Part shown: piece by piece, positions 7,360 through 15,218 of the stretch | Layout: every line of letters begins with the position of its first letter | How positions within the stretch are numbered: position 1 is the first letter of the stretch | Virus record (IMG/VR): IMGVR_UViG_3300025769_000004 | Length of the DNA stretch: 20,000 nt | Reading direction: 5' to 3' (one strand) | From: an uncultured virus (IMG/VR IMGVR_UViG_3300025769_000004) | Lineage: Duplodnaviria > Heunggongvirae > Uroviricota > Caudoviricetes > Crassvirales | Program-made: the position numbers and the translations under genes | Notes under the pieces: model-generated | What the model was told of the DNA's origin: nothing | What the model saw: only the letters and a program-made list of their open reading frames with translations | The model's database searches: none

Positions 7360-7379
7360 ATAACCGAACTATCATGTGA
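7357..7379 (+). promoter_or_regulatory. putative rightward promoter of the chaperonin cluster
   Basis: TAAATAACCGAACTATCATGTGA, similar to 3468..3490; occupies the gap before 7420. Confidence 0.45.
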
Positions 7380-7419
7380 TAGTATAAATAACCAACGTTA
7401 AACATAAAACCAAAACAAA

Positions 7420-7707
7420 ATGACGTTTTTATACACCAGTAGAGATTTTACTTCTACTACACGACCAGATCAAAGAATGATCAACCTTTGGAAACACATA
7501 ACCACGAAGAGCAATTGGAGAATTGTTCAGTTACCAAATGGATTTTTTCAAACAGAGTATTTGCATCCAGAAGAAGAAGACTGGATCGATGTAACTAGAA
7601 GAGAAACAATGGACGGCGCTGAAGCTGCAATTGATGGATCTATAGAACACTACTCTAAAAAACTTGAATTTTTAAAAGGACCTAAAGTAGTCAAAACATT
7701 CGAGTAA
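7420..7707 (+). CDS. hypothetical protein upstream of groEL (95 aa)
   Basis: ORF track; A-rich leader before the ATG. Confidence 0.85.
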   Translation: MTFLYTSRDFTSTTRPDQRMINLWKHITTKSNWRIVQLPNGFFQTEYLHPEEEDWIDVTRRETMDGAEAAIDGSIEHYSKKLEFLKGPKVVKTFE

Positions 7708-7735
7708 AAAACCAAATCTAATTTAATTAAATCAA

Positions 7736-9277
7736 ATGAACGAAACAATAGTAAAGCATCTAAACTTCGGTGAAGATGCAAAATCCGCTATATTTAGTGG
7801 TATAGAAAAACTCACAAAAGCCGTTAGCTCTACACTAGGAGCTAGCGGTAGATGTGTTATATTAGAAGACTCAGCAGGTAATCCTCAGATTACAAAAGAT
7901 GGTGTAACAGTTGCAGACTCAGTTATATTATTAGACCCAGTTGAAAACATGGGTGCTAAACTTTTAAAAGAAGCAGCCAGAAAAACAGTAAGAGAAGCTG
8001 GTGATGGTACAACTACAGCCACAGTATTGGCCCATTCAATATTAGTTGAATCGTATAAGTCTCTTAAAAATCATAGTCCTAGAGATATAAAAGAAGGTAT
8101 AAACTCAGCTGTAGAAAAAGTAATAAAATATTTAGAAAAAACATCTTCTGAAGTTAAAGGTGATAAAATAGTAGATGTAGCTACTATATCAGCTAATAAT
8201 GATAAGAAACTAGGTGTTACAATTGCTGAGGCATTTAAAAGTGTTAATGATACAGGTATAGTCATAATGGAAACACATGACGATCCTGACACCGTTATAG
8301 AAAAGGTAGATGGAATACAATATGAAGGTGTATTAAAAAATCCTCATTTTATAACAGACAAGGAAAAAGGTGTTGCCGAACTTCAAAACCCGTTAGTTTT
8401 AATAGTTGAAAGTAAAATAGAAAACATTAGAAAAATACAATCTATTTTAGAGTACATTATTAAAAACAAAAAGTCACTATTAATAATTGGCGATGCAGAT
8501 AACCAGGTAATGACAGCTTTAGCAATGAACAAGGTTAAAGGTAATATAAATGTTAATATAATAGATGCTCCAATGTATGGTATTAACAAGAAAGACACTT
8601 TAGAAGATTTAGCATTACTTACAGGAGCGACTGTTATAAATGAACACTTAGGCGATGACTTAGACCTAATAAGTCCTGAACATTTAGGTAACTGCATCAA
8701 ATCTACAACAACAGACAAAGAAACAATTATACAAGTAGACTCAAGTCCTGATGAAGTAGAAGAATTAGTTAGTTCAATAAAAGTGCAAATAAAAGAAACT
8801 AATAATCCTAATTTAAAGGTTAGGCACGAAAAAAGACTAGCTAGATTATTAGCTAAAGTAGCAATAGTTAAAGTAGGAGCAAACTCTAGTGTAGAGTTAA
8901 AAGAAAAAAAGGATAGAGTAGAAGACGCTATTTGCGCTACAAAAGCCGCTATTAAAGAAGGCATAGTGCCAGGAGGTGGGATAGCATTACTTAATGCATC
9001 TCAAAATATTGTTGCAAAAACAGATACAGAACAAATATTATTAGATGCTATTAAAGCTCCTTTTAATGTTATATTGCACAATGCTGGTATATTAGATTAT
9101 GAAGAGTCTAATATAAAAGGTAAAGGATTAAATGTGGTTACAGGGAAAACGGTAAATATGGTAAAGTCCGGAATAATAGATCCTTTATTGGTCACTAAAT
9201 GTGCTTTGCGGAATGCGGCTTCTGTAGCTACAACTATAATATCTACTGATTGTGTAATTAATAATTTAAGAGCATGA
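7736..9277 (+). CDS. groEL: phage-encoded chaperonin GroEL (Cpn60)
   Basis: ITKDGVTVA, GDGTTTATVLA, RVEDA..ATKAA..EGIVPGGG and GIIDP motifs; lacks the C-terminal GGM tail. Confidence 0.98.
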   Translation: MNETIVKHLNFGEDAKSAIFSGIEKLTKAVSSTLGASGRCVILEDSAGNPQITKDGVTVADSVILLDPVENMGAKLLKEAARKTVREAGDGTTTATVLAHSILVESYKSLKNHSPRDIKEGINSAVEKVIKYLEKTSSEVKGDKIVDVATISANNDKKLGVTIAEAFKSVNDTGIVIMETHDDPDTVIEKVDGIQYEGVLKNPHFITDKEKGVAELQNPLVLIVESKIENIRKIQSILEYIIKNKKSLLIIGDADNQVMTALAMNKVKGNINVNIIDAPMYGINKKDTLEDLALLTGATVINEHLGDDLDLISPEHLGNCIKSTTTDKETIIQVDSSPDEVEELVSSIKVQIKETNNPNLKVRHEKRLARLLAKVAIVKVGANSSVELKEKKDRVEDAICATKAAIKEGIVPGGGIALLNASQNIVAKTDTEQILLDAIKAPFNVILHNAGILDYEESNIKGKGLNVVTGKTVNMVKSGIIDPLLVTKCALRNAASVATTIISTDCVINNLRA

Positions 9278-9534
9278 AAGCAGTAGGAAGAAATATACTT
9301 ATATTACCAGTAAAAAGAGAAGATAATAAAACAAAAGGTGGGTTAATATTAACAGATGCTCACCGAGAAGACTTAAGATATAACTTAGCTAAAGTTGTAA
9401 CAGTAGGAGATGATGTAAAAGGTTTAAAAGATTCTGACACTATCTATTACGACAGCAACTCTGGCTTTGGTATTGAAATTAATAAAGAAAAGTTCAAAAT
9501 AATAAAAGACCATGACGTGGTTATAATACTTTAA
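9274..9534 (+). CDS. groES: co-chaperonin GroES (Cpn10)
   Basis: 86 aa; mobile loop KTKGGLIL; AKVVTVGDDV; ATGA overlap with groEL. Confidence 0.93.
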   Translation: MKAVGRNILILPVKREDNKTKGGLILTDAHREDLRYNLAKVVTVGDDVKGLKDSDTIYYDSNSGFGIEINKEKFKIIKDHDVVIIL

Positions 9535-9536
9535 AA

Positions 9537-10175
9537 ATGGATCCAAATAAAAAATACGACGCAGGAGCAGAAGCTCAAAAACGCTTAATGAGCATGGCTA
9601 CTGCAGCACAACAATCAGCAAAGCCCTGGACGCCTTCAGCTTCTCAAGCTAAAGGATCAAATAACCCAGAAAGTGGAAGATTTAAAACGGCAGTTAAAAA
9701 CTTTTTAGACCCTTCAGTTAATATAAAAGGTCATAATAAAGCACAAATGAAAGCTGTTAAAAAAGATATTAAATCTGGAACATATGCAGAAACCGCAGCT
9801 GTAAAAGCTAATATGTCTTTGGATAATTCAGAAGGTTCTGCTTATAACAAAGTGCTAAGTAGTAGAGCTAGAAAGAAAAACGAAGCTGATCAAAGAGGTA
9901 TATCAGTTAGAAAAATGAAAAAAGGCTACAAGCACAAAGATGCTGCACTTAATGCTCAAAACAGTGGTAAAGTAAGTAGCAATGATGCACACGAACTTAC
10001 ATACAAGCAAACAGCTAAAGCTGCAAAAATGGTTGATAAAGGTAAAGACAAAAAAGCTAAGAAGTTTATAAGTAACAAGAAGAATAAAAATGAACGTAAG
10101 ATTATTAGAAAAACTGGAAATGATCTTTCTACAGTTTCTACTACGGATCATCAACGTGTTCTTAATAAACTATAA
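9537..10175 (+). CDS. Lys/Ala-rich basic low-complexity protein (212 aa)
   Basis: ORF track; strongly basic composition. Confidence 0.75.
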   Translation: MDPNKKYDAGAEAQKRLMSMATAAQQSAKPWTPSASQAKGSNNPESGRFKTAVKNFLDPSVNIKGHNKAQMKAVKKDIKSGTYAETAAVKANMSLDNSEGSAYNKVLSSRARKKNEADQRGISVRKMKKGYKHKDAALNAQNSGKVSSNDAHELTYKQTAKAAKMVDKGKDKKAKKFISNKKNKNERKIIRKTGNDLSTVSTTDHQRVLNKL

Positions 10176-10622
10176 TTGAGAAAACCCACAGCTTCTGAAC
10201 TAAAAGATCTGCATTTATTAAAACATTACAGGATTGTACGTAAATGGGCGTGCAAAACCTGTGATATTAAAGATGCAGACCTTGAGTTATTAATATACTT
10301 AGACGCTATAGAGCACTTTACAAAACAAGATTTTAAGACAGGTACTTATTCATATAGCTGGGATAACAGGCGTTGGAATAGGTTGTTAAAAGAAGGTTGG
10401 ATTATAGTTTGGAGAGAAAGAAATAGAACTACTCAAAAGTACAATATATACAAAGTTTCATTTAAGTGCAAGCAGTTGATAAGCCGAATGTACAGAATAA
10501 TGCTAGGTGAAGAAGATATACCAACAACAGAGCGCAGTAACATAATAATGAAGAAAAAAACATATATAGATAAAGTTCTTTCTCACTCTATATTAAATTT
10601 AAACAACGATAAAAATAGATGA
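10176..10622 (+). CDS. putative winged-helix (MarR-like) DNA-binding protein
   Basis: TTG start abutting the upstream stop; pattern DLELLIYL...RLLKEGWI...R...YKVSFKCKQLI is MarR-like. Confidence 0.6.
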   Translation: MRKPTASELKDLHLLKHYRIVRKWACKTCDIKDADLELLIYLDAIEHFTKQDFKTGTYSYSWDNRRWNRLLKEGWIIVWRERNRTTQKYNIYKVSFKCKQLISRMYRIMLGEEDIPTTERSNIIMKKKTYIDKVLSHSILNLNNDKNR

Positions 10623-10623
10623 T

Positions 10624-10977
10624 ATGGATCCAATGACAGCCATGATGGCAATTCAAGGAGGAATAGCAGCGGGAAAAGCTGTAGAAGAAGGAGTAAATAA
10701 GCAAATACTTGGTTCAGAGACTGGTGGTAGTAATGTAAACAAGCCAAAGGAAGAAATGAAAAAATCTCAAACCGTTTCATTTTCTGATCCTAACAAAGAG
10801 TTTAGCCCAAATAATTATAGTAGACCAATGACAAGTGGTACATCTTCAATAGAGCCAAGTGTTGATTCTAATTATAATCAAAAATTTAATGACTTAAGTA
10901 TGGGTACAATGGATAATACGTCTGTTCCAGAAAACGATACTATAAATGACGGTAGTATCTTCACTAAAAATGTTTAA
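10624..10977 (+). CDS. hypothetical protein (117 aa), likely disordered
   Basis: ORF track; MDPMTAMMAIQGGIAAG N-terminus; tiles the operon. Confidence 0.75.
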   Translation: MDPMTAMMAIQGGIAAGKAVEEGVNKQILGSETGGSNVNKPKEEMKKSQTVSFSDPNKEFSPNNYSRPMTSGTSSIEPSVDSNYNQKFNDLSMGTMDNTSVPENDTINDGSIFTKNV

Positions 10978-10994
10978 TAATAAAACTAAATAAA

Positions 10995-11168
10995 ATGCCA
11001 AGTTACGGAGAAAATCAAAAGCCAGCAGGATATGCTAAAAAATGTGGATGTGGACCAGTAGGTACAAGAACAATGATGAGCAATAAGTCCAACGTTACAC
11101 CAACGTTAAAATCAATTGACAACATACCTTACAAAGGTAACGCTGTATTAAACGCAAATAGATCTTAA
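10995..11168 (+). CDS. small basic protein with CGC motif (57 aa)
   Basis: MPSYGENQKPAGYAKKCGCGPVGTRTMMSNKSNVTPTLKSIDNIPYKGNAVLNANRS; A-rich leader. Confidence 0.7.
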   Translation: MPSYGENQKPAGYAKKCGCGPVGTRTMMSNKSNVTPTLKSIDNIPYKGNAVLNANRS

Positions 11169-11169
11169 A

Positions 11170-11340
11170 GTGGGCGTTGATGATTTAAAGTTATATTGTT
11201 TTAATATAACTTCTTTCACAATTGCAAGTTTAGATTGGTTAGAACCTGTGTTAAAAATAACTTTATTGTTAGTTACTATTGGCTACACTGTTAATAAATG
11301 GTGGGCTATGAAAAAAAATAACGATGAGAGCGATAAATAA
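11170..11340 (+). CDS. putative holin / small membrane protein (56 aa, GTG start)
   Basis: MGVDDLKLYCFNITSFTIASLDWLEPVLKITLLLVTIGYTVNKWWAMKKNNDESDK; hydrophobic with a charged tail; overlaps the endolysin start. Confidence 0.6.
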   Translation: MGVDDLKLYCFNITSFTIASLDWLEPVLKITLLLVTIGYTVNKWWAMKKNNDESDK

Positions 11341-11737
11341 GATTATAGTTCACTGCTCTGCTACTCGCGAAGGTCAAGACGTTTCTGTAGAAACAATCAG
11401 GAAATGGCATGTAGAGGGCAGAGGTTGGACTGACATAGGCTATCATTTCTACATTGACATACATGGTGATATATATAAAGGTAGAGATATAGCTAAAATT
11501 GGAGCTCACACTAAGGGGTATAATAGAAATTCTATAGGAATATGCTATGCTGGAGGCGTTGAGAGTGATGGTAAGACTCCAAAAGATACTAGATATGATT
11601 GTCAAAAAGAAAGTCTCTTAGCGGTGCTAAGAACACTAAAGGCGATGTATCCAAATGCTGAGATACATTCTCATAATGATTTTGCTAATAAAGCATGTCC
11701 TAGTTTTAACGCTACAGAAGAATATAAACATTTATGA
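11324..11737 (+). CDS. N-acetylmuramoyl-L-alanine amidase endolysin (Amidase_2, T7 lysozyme-like)
   Basis: IIVHCSAT, GWTDIGYHF, GAHTKGYN..SIGICY.GG and H.D..NKACPSF zinc-ligand motifs. Confidence 0.95.
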   Translation: MRAINKIIVHCSATREGQDVSVETIRKWHVEGRGWTDIGYHFYIDIHGDIYKGRDIAKIGAHTKGYNRNSIGICYAGGVESDGKTPKDTRYDCQKESLLAVLRTLKAMYPNAEIHSHNDFANKACPSFNATEEYKHL

Positions 11738-12009
11738 AAATAGGCGAAGGTACTGAATTTAAGATAGATCTTAAAACAGTTATAGCTATTATAATGATAA
11801 CATCAACTTTTGTAGGTATGTATTACACTTTACAATCAGATATTGACGATGCTAAGAAGCTACCACCTGCGGAAGTTAAACGCATGGAATACGATTTGAA
11901 GCAAGAGTGGCAGACAAACCATATTGAAAAGTTAGAAGGAAAAGTAGATGAAATACTAGATTGGTGTAGGCAGATAGATTCTGAACTACACAATAAAAGA
12001 AATAAGTAA
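11734..12009 (+). CDS. membrane-anchored coiled-coil protein (91 aa), possible lysis accessory
   Basis: N-terminal TM segment VIAIIMITSTFVGMYY followed by a helical region; ATGA-coupled to the amidase. Confidence 0.6.
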   Translation: MKIGEGTEFKIDLKTVIAIIMITSTFVGMYYTLQSDIDDAKKLPPAEVKRMEYDLKQEWQTNHIEKLEGKVDEILDWCRQIDSELHNKRNK

Positions 12010-12164
12010 TGGCAAGAAAGGCAACTCGCAGAAAGAAAACTTCATGTTGGCCTGGTTACAAGGCTGAAGGTAAAAAGAAATCTCCTAGTGGAAAAAAAGT
12101 TAACGGTAAGATAAAAATGGTTAACAATTGTGTTAAAATAGGAAAAAAGAAAAAGAAGAAGTAA
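12009..12164 (+). CDS. small basic protein with CWxGY...VxNCV motif (51 aa)
   Basis: MARKATRRKKTSCWPGYKAEGKKKSPSGKKVNGKIKMVNNCVKIGKKKKKK; TAATG overlaps at both ends. Confidence 0.8.
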   Translation: MARKATRRKKTSCWPGYKAEGKKKSPSGKKVNGKIKMVNNCVKIGKKKKKK

Positions 12165-12424
12165 TGGACGATGCTAGTTATGAAAAATCAAATCGCGAGA
12201 TGCGAGCTAAGTACACTAAAGAAACTAAAAGAGTTTTAGGTAAAAGACAAACTAAAGGCAAAGGTAAACGTAGAGTCTCTTTTGCTTGTAGATTTGCAGG
12301 CATGAAAGGGCCTATGAAAAAACCTAATGGTAAGCCAACTAGAAAAGCTAGAGCTTTAAAAAAGTGGGGATTTGGAAGTGTTGAAGCGGCTAGAAAATTT
12401 TGTAATGCTAATAAAGAAAAATAG
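12164..12424 (+). CDS. small basic phage protein (86 aa; RRxSFxxR...RKAxALxKW, DUF6321-like)
   Basis: RRVSFACRFAGMKGPMKKPNGKPTRKARALKKWG; family label recalled, not searched. Confidence 0.7.
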   Translation: MDDASYEKSNREMRAKYTKETKRVLGKRQTKGKGKRRVSFACRFAGMKGPMKKPNGKPTRKARALKKWGFGSVEAARKFCNANKEK

Positions 12425-12426
12425 TT

Positions 12427-12513
12427 ATGGGTAAAATAAAAAAAACATATTCAAAGCCAAAGCCAAAGTGTAAAACTTGTGGCAAGTCACATTCTGGTAA
12501 ATGTAAAAAATGA
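12427..12513 (+). CDS. 28-aa basic CCHC zinc-knuckle peptide
   Basis: MGKIKKTYSKPKPKCKTCGKSHSGKCKK; starts 3 nt after the previous stop; ATGA overlap with the next gene. Confidence 0.7.
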   Translation: MGKIKKTYSKPKPKCKTCGKSHSGKCKK

Positions 12514-12665
12514 AGTCAAAAGGACTAGGAGACACTATACATAAATTCACCACAGCCACAGGGATTAAAAAGTTAGCAGACAAAATACCTGGAGGTTGTG
12601 GTTGTAATAAGCGTAAAGACTGGTTAAACAACAACTTCCCGTATAGCAAAAATATAAAAAGATAA
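12510..12665 (+). CDS. small phage protein GLGD...CGC..R..LN..FPY (51 aa)
   Basis: MKSKGLGDTIHKFTTATGIKKLADKIPGGCGCNKRKDWLNNNFPYSKNIKR. Confidence 0.8.
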   Translation: MKSKGLGDTIHKFTTATGIKKLADKIPGGCGCNKRKDWLNNNFPYSKNIKR

Positions 12666-12667
12666 TT

Positions 12668-12868
12668 ATGAGTAAACTATCAACTGAAGCTAGGAAAAAA
12701 CTAAGAGACGATCAATTCTGTGGACCAGATAGATCTTTTCCAGTAAATGATTGTGACCATGTTACAGCGGCTAAAAGAATGATTAGTAGATATAAAGGTC
12801 CAGGAGATAAAAATTCAATAATGACTTGTGTTAAAAATAAAGAAAAAACACTAAGTTGTAAAAAATAA
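12668..12868 (+). CDS. small basic phage protein (66 aa; DUF6582-like)
   Basis: RKKLxDxxFxxPxRxFPxxDxxHVxAA pattern; family label recalled, not searched. Confidence 0.65.
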   Translation: MSKLSTEARKKLRDDQFCGPDRSFPVNDCDHVTAAKRMISRYKGPGDKNSIMTCVKNKEKTLSCKK

Positions 12869-12871
12869 GTT

Positions 12872-13030
12872 ATGGAAAAAGCAAAAGCAATTATAAATCA
12901 CCCATTATCTAAAGCTGTTTTAGCTGGAGCATGTGGTGCTATGTTACTATTAGAATCTCACCCAATGTACGCTGGTGTAGCATTTGGATATTCATTAAGA
13001 GAAGTTTTATTAGCGTTTAAAGCAGATTAA
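12872..13030 (+). CDS. small hydrophobic protein (52 aa)
   Basis: MEKAKAIINHPLSKAVLAGACGAMLLLESHPMYAGVAFGYSLREVLLAFKAD; fills the gap exactly. Confidence 0.75.
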   Translation: MEKAKAIINHPLSKAVLAGACGAMLLLESHPMYAGVAFGYSLREVLLAFKAD

Positions 13031-13032
13031 TC

Positions 13033-13413
13033 ATGGATGTTAATTCAATTGACCAGAGCGGTCCTATTAAAAGTTGGTTTAAAAATACTTTTAGTAAATT
13101 AGGCAAAAGAACTAGACTCAACGATGGTGGACATCTTAAAGCAAAATCAAGAAAAAGCTCTATTAGTTTTAGCCAAGCTGCTAAAATGTACGAAGATAGA
13201 CCTACTAATCCTCCTGTTCCTAAAGAAATGAAATCATGGAAAGAAAAAGGAATAAGCGTAGATGATGCTAAAGCAATATCTAACTATAAAAATCAAATTG
13301 GAAATACTTCTTTTGGTGAACAAACATACAATAAAGAAAAAGGAATAAAACCAAAACCATCTACCACAAAACCTCTTGTAGATCCAATAGCTAAAGAAGA
13401 CGATAATAACTAA
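13033..13413 (+). CDS. basic hypothetical protein (126 aa)
   Basis: ORF track; tiles the operon. Confidence 0.75.
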   Translation: MDVNSIDQSGPIKSWFKNTFSKLGKRTRLNDGGHLKAKSRKSSISFSQAAKMYEDRPTNPPVPKEMKSWKEKGISVDDAKAISNYKNQIGNTSFGEQTYNKEKGIKPKPSTTKPLVDPIAKEDDNN

Positions 13414-13424
13414 TAAAATTAATT

Positions 13425-14348
13425 ATGCCAGATCTAAATATACTATCTAAAGATGCATTTGACGAGCATGAGGGAAAGCAGGTTGGTAATAAAAAATATA
13501 TTTCAGCTAACACCCCTGAAAAAAATTATGAGTCAAAAGGTAAAGCAAAAAACCAATCTACATTATCAGAGGATGAATACATGCAGAAATATAATAAGAG
13601 ACATCCTGGTATGTCTGCTCAAGAGATAAATAACCATTATGAAAGTAATGTTATTGGAGAAAATAGTTTTAAAAAGTTTAATGATTTAGCTGGATTAAAC
13701 CAAGTAGTTACATATGAGGAAAATGGTATAGTAAATAGAGAAACTCAAACAAACGTTACTAATGATGGAGGGAGCAGTACGGATATTATACCCAAAAAAG
13801 AATATACATATTCAGTGACTGGGGGAAAAAGCAAAACTGGTGAAGGAAATAAAAAGTCAAGTGGCTCTGGGAAAAAAAGATTATTTAAAAGAATAAAGGA
13901 AAAGTTTAACAACGAAAAGGTAGAATCTAAAACAGGTAAATACTGCACTAACAGCAATGAGCATGGATGTGATATGGATGTTAGTAAGTTACAAGGAGCA
14001 AGTGACAAAGCAGACGACAAAGCATATAACAAAGCTCAAAAAGATAGAAGTTATAGAGTAAAAAAAGATGGCACTCAAGTTTTGAAAAAAGAATTTGCAC
14101 CAGGCCAATGGTTTAGCGAAAAGATGGAAACTCATAGAATCAACAAATCTAAAAGTCAAGCTCAAAGTAGTAGAAAAAAACAACAAAGGCAAATAAATAG
14201 AGAAAGAAATAAAAGAAATAGAGTTAATTCTAGAGAGCATCAACACAATAATCCTCAAAATTATAACAAGGTTAGTAATTTCTTTAACGAACTGTCTTAT
14301 AAAAAAGACAAGCCAAAAGGGTCAAGAACAATTGAAGCTTCATTTTGA
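13425..14348 (+). CDS. hydrophilic basic low-complexity protein (307 aa)
   Basis: ORF track; K/N/S/E/R-rich, likely disordered. Confidence 0.75.
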   Translation: MPDLNILSKDAFDEHEGKQVGNKKYISANTPEKNYESKGKAKNQSTLSEDEYMQKYNKRHPGMSAQEINNHYESNVIGENSFKKFNDLAGLNQVVTYEENGIVNRETQTNVTNDGGSSTDIIPKKEYTYSVTGGKSKTGEGNKKSSGSGKKRLFKRIKEKFNNEKVESKTGKYCTNSNEHGCDMDVSKLQGASDKADDKAYNKAQKDRSYRVKKDGTQVLKKEFAPGQWFSEKMETHRINKSKSQAQSSRKKQQRQINRERNKRNRVNSREHQHNNPQNYNKVSNFFNELSYKKDKPKGSRTIEASF

Positions 14349-14800
14349 TGAGTAAGAAAAAGAAAAAATTTAAAGAAACTAAAGTTGGAGTATTTTTAAA
14401 AGAAAAAGCTCCTAACATATTAAATACAGTAGGTGAGTTTCTTCCTGATCAAGGAGGACTTGGTATTGTAAAAAATCTTATATCAGGTGATTCTAGTATA
14501 GAGCCGCGTGATAAAGAAACTGCTTTAAAACTTTTAGATCAAGACATAGCAGAAATGAATAACATCTCAGAAAGATGGGCTAGCGATATGAAAAGTGACT
14601 CCTGGTTAAGTAAAAATACAAGACCTATGACACTTATATTTCTAACATTAGCTATGACAATATTTATAATACTAGATTCTACAGTGTTATTAGAAATTAA
14701 GACAGGTTGGGTTTCACTATTAGAAGCTTTACTTATTACAGTATATGTAGCGTACTTTGGGTCTAGAGGCGCTGAGAAAATAACAAAAATAAAAAAATAA
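14345..14800 (+). CDS. holin of the GTA 3TM-holin type
   Basis: RWxxDMxSDSWLSKNxRP, two hydrophobic segments and C-terminal YFGSRGxEK. Confidence 0.75.
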   Translation: MMSKKKKKFKETKVGVFLKEKAPNILNTVGEFLPDQGGLGIVKNLISGDSSIEPRDKETALKLLDQDIAEMNNISERWASDMKSDSWLSKNTRPMTLIFLTLAMTIFIILDSTVLLEIKTGWVSLLEALLITVYVAYFGSRGAEKITKIKK

Positions 14801-14802
14801 CA

Positions 14803-15057
14803 ATGGGATACGCTAAAGGAGATTTCTCAAGTCAAGCAAGAGTATTTGCTCACGACGCACAAGCTATAGTTGTAGGTGAAGATCTAGACGATGTTTGTGT
14901 ATATGTTGGTACAGGTGGTGATATAACTGTCACTATGCAAAGTGGTAGAACTGGTGTGGTTTTTAAAAATGTTCCAGCTGGAGCGTTTTTACCAGTGCTA
15001 GTTAAAAAAGTTGAAGCTGTAGGTAATGGAGCAGCTGATCTATTAGCACTATACTAG
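14803..15057 (+). CDS. putative head-spike base protein (RcGTA Rcc01079-like)
   Basis: 84 aa with VYVGTGGDITV...FKNVPAGAFLPVLVKKV...AADLLALY signature. Confidence 0.7.
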   Translation: MGYAKGDFSSQARVFAHDAQAIVVGEDLDDVCVYVGTGGDITVTMQSGRTGVVFKNVPAGAFLPVLVKKVEAVGNGAADLLALY

Positions 15058-15058
15058 C

Positions 15059-15208
15059 ATGTGGTTAGGTATTGGCTACACTATCCCCATGGTTGGAGAC
15101 AGGAATTTAAAGATTCCAGTAGATGGTGGATTTATAGAATTAGAACCTAACTCTTTTTTAATAGAGCTAGAGGGCACTGGAGTTACTGATAAAATCACAT
15201 TAGAATAA
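15059..15208 (+). CDS. 49-aa putative spike adaptor peptide
   Basis: MWLGIGYTIPMVGDRNLKIPVDGGFIELEPNSFLIELEGTGVTDKITLE; three IxLE repeats; fills the gap. Confidence 0.7.
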   Translation: MWLGIGYTIPMVGDRNLKIPVDGGFIELEPNSFLIELEGTGVTDKITLE

Positions 15209-15218
15209 AACAAACAAA

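Noticed and set aside
7383..7390. TATAAATA as a T4-type late promoter
   Set aside because: An 8-mer of A/T is expected by chance in this DNA, and there are no T4-like genes in the window.
7736..9534. Bacterial chromosomal groESL operon
   Set aside because: Reversed gene order, divergent sequence, no GGM tail, and flanked by phage lysis, fibre and terminase genes.
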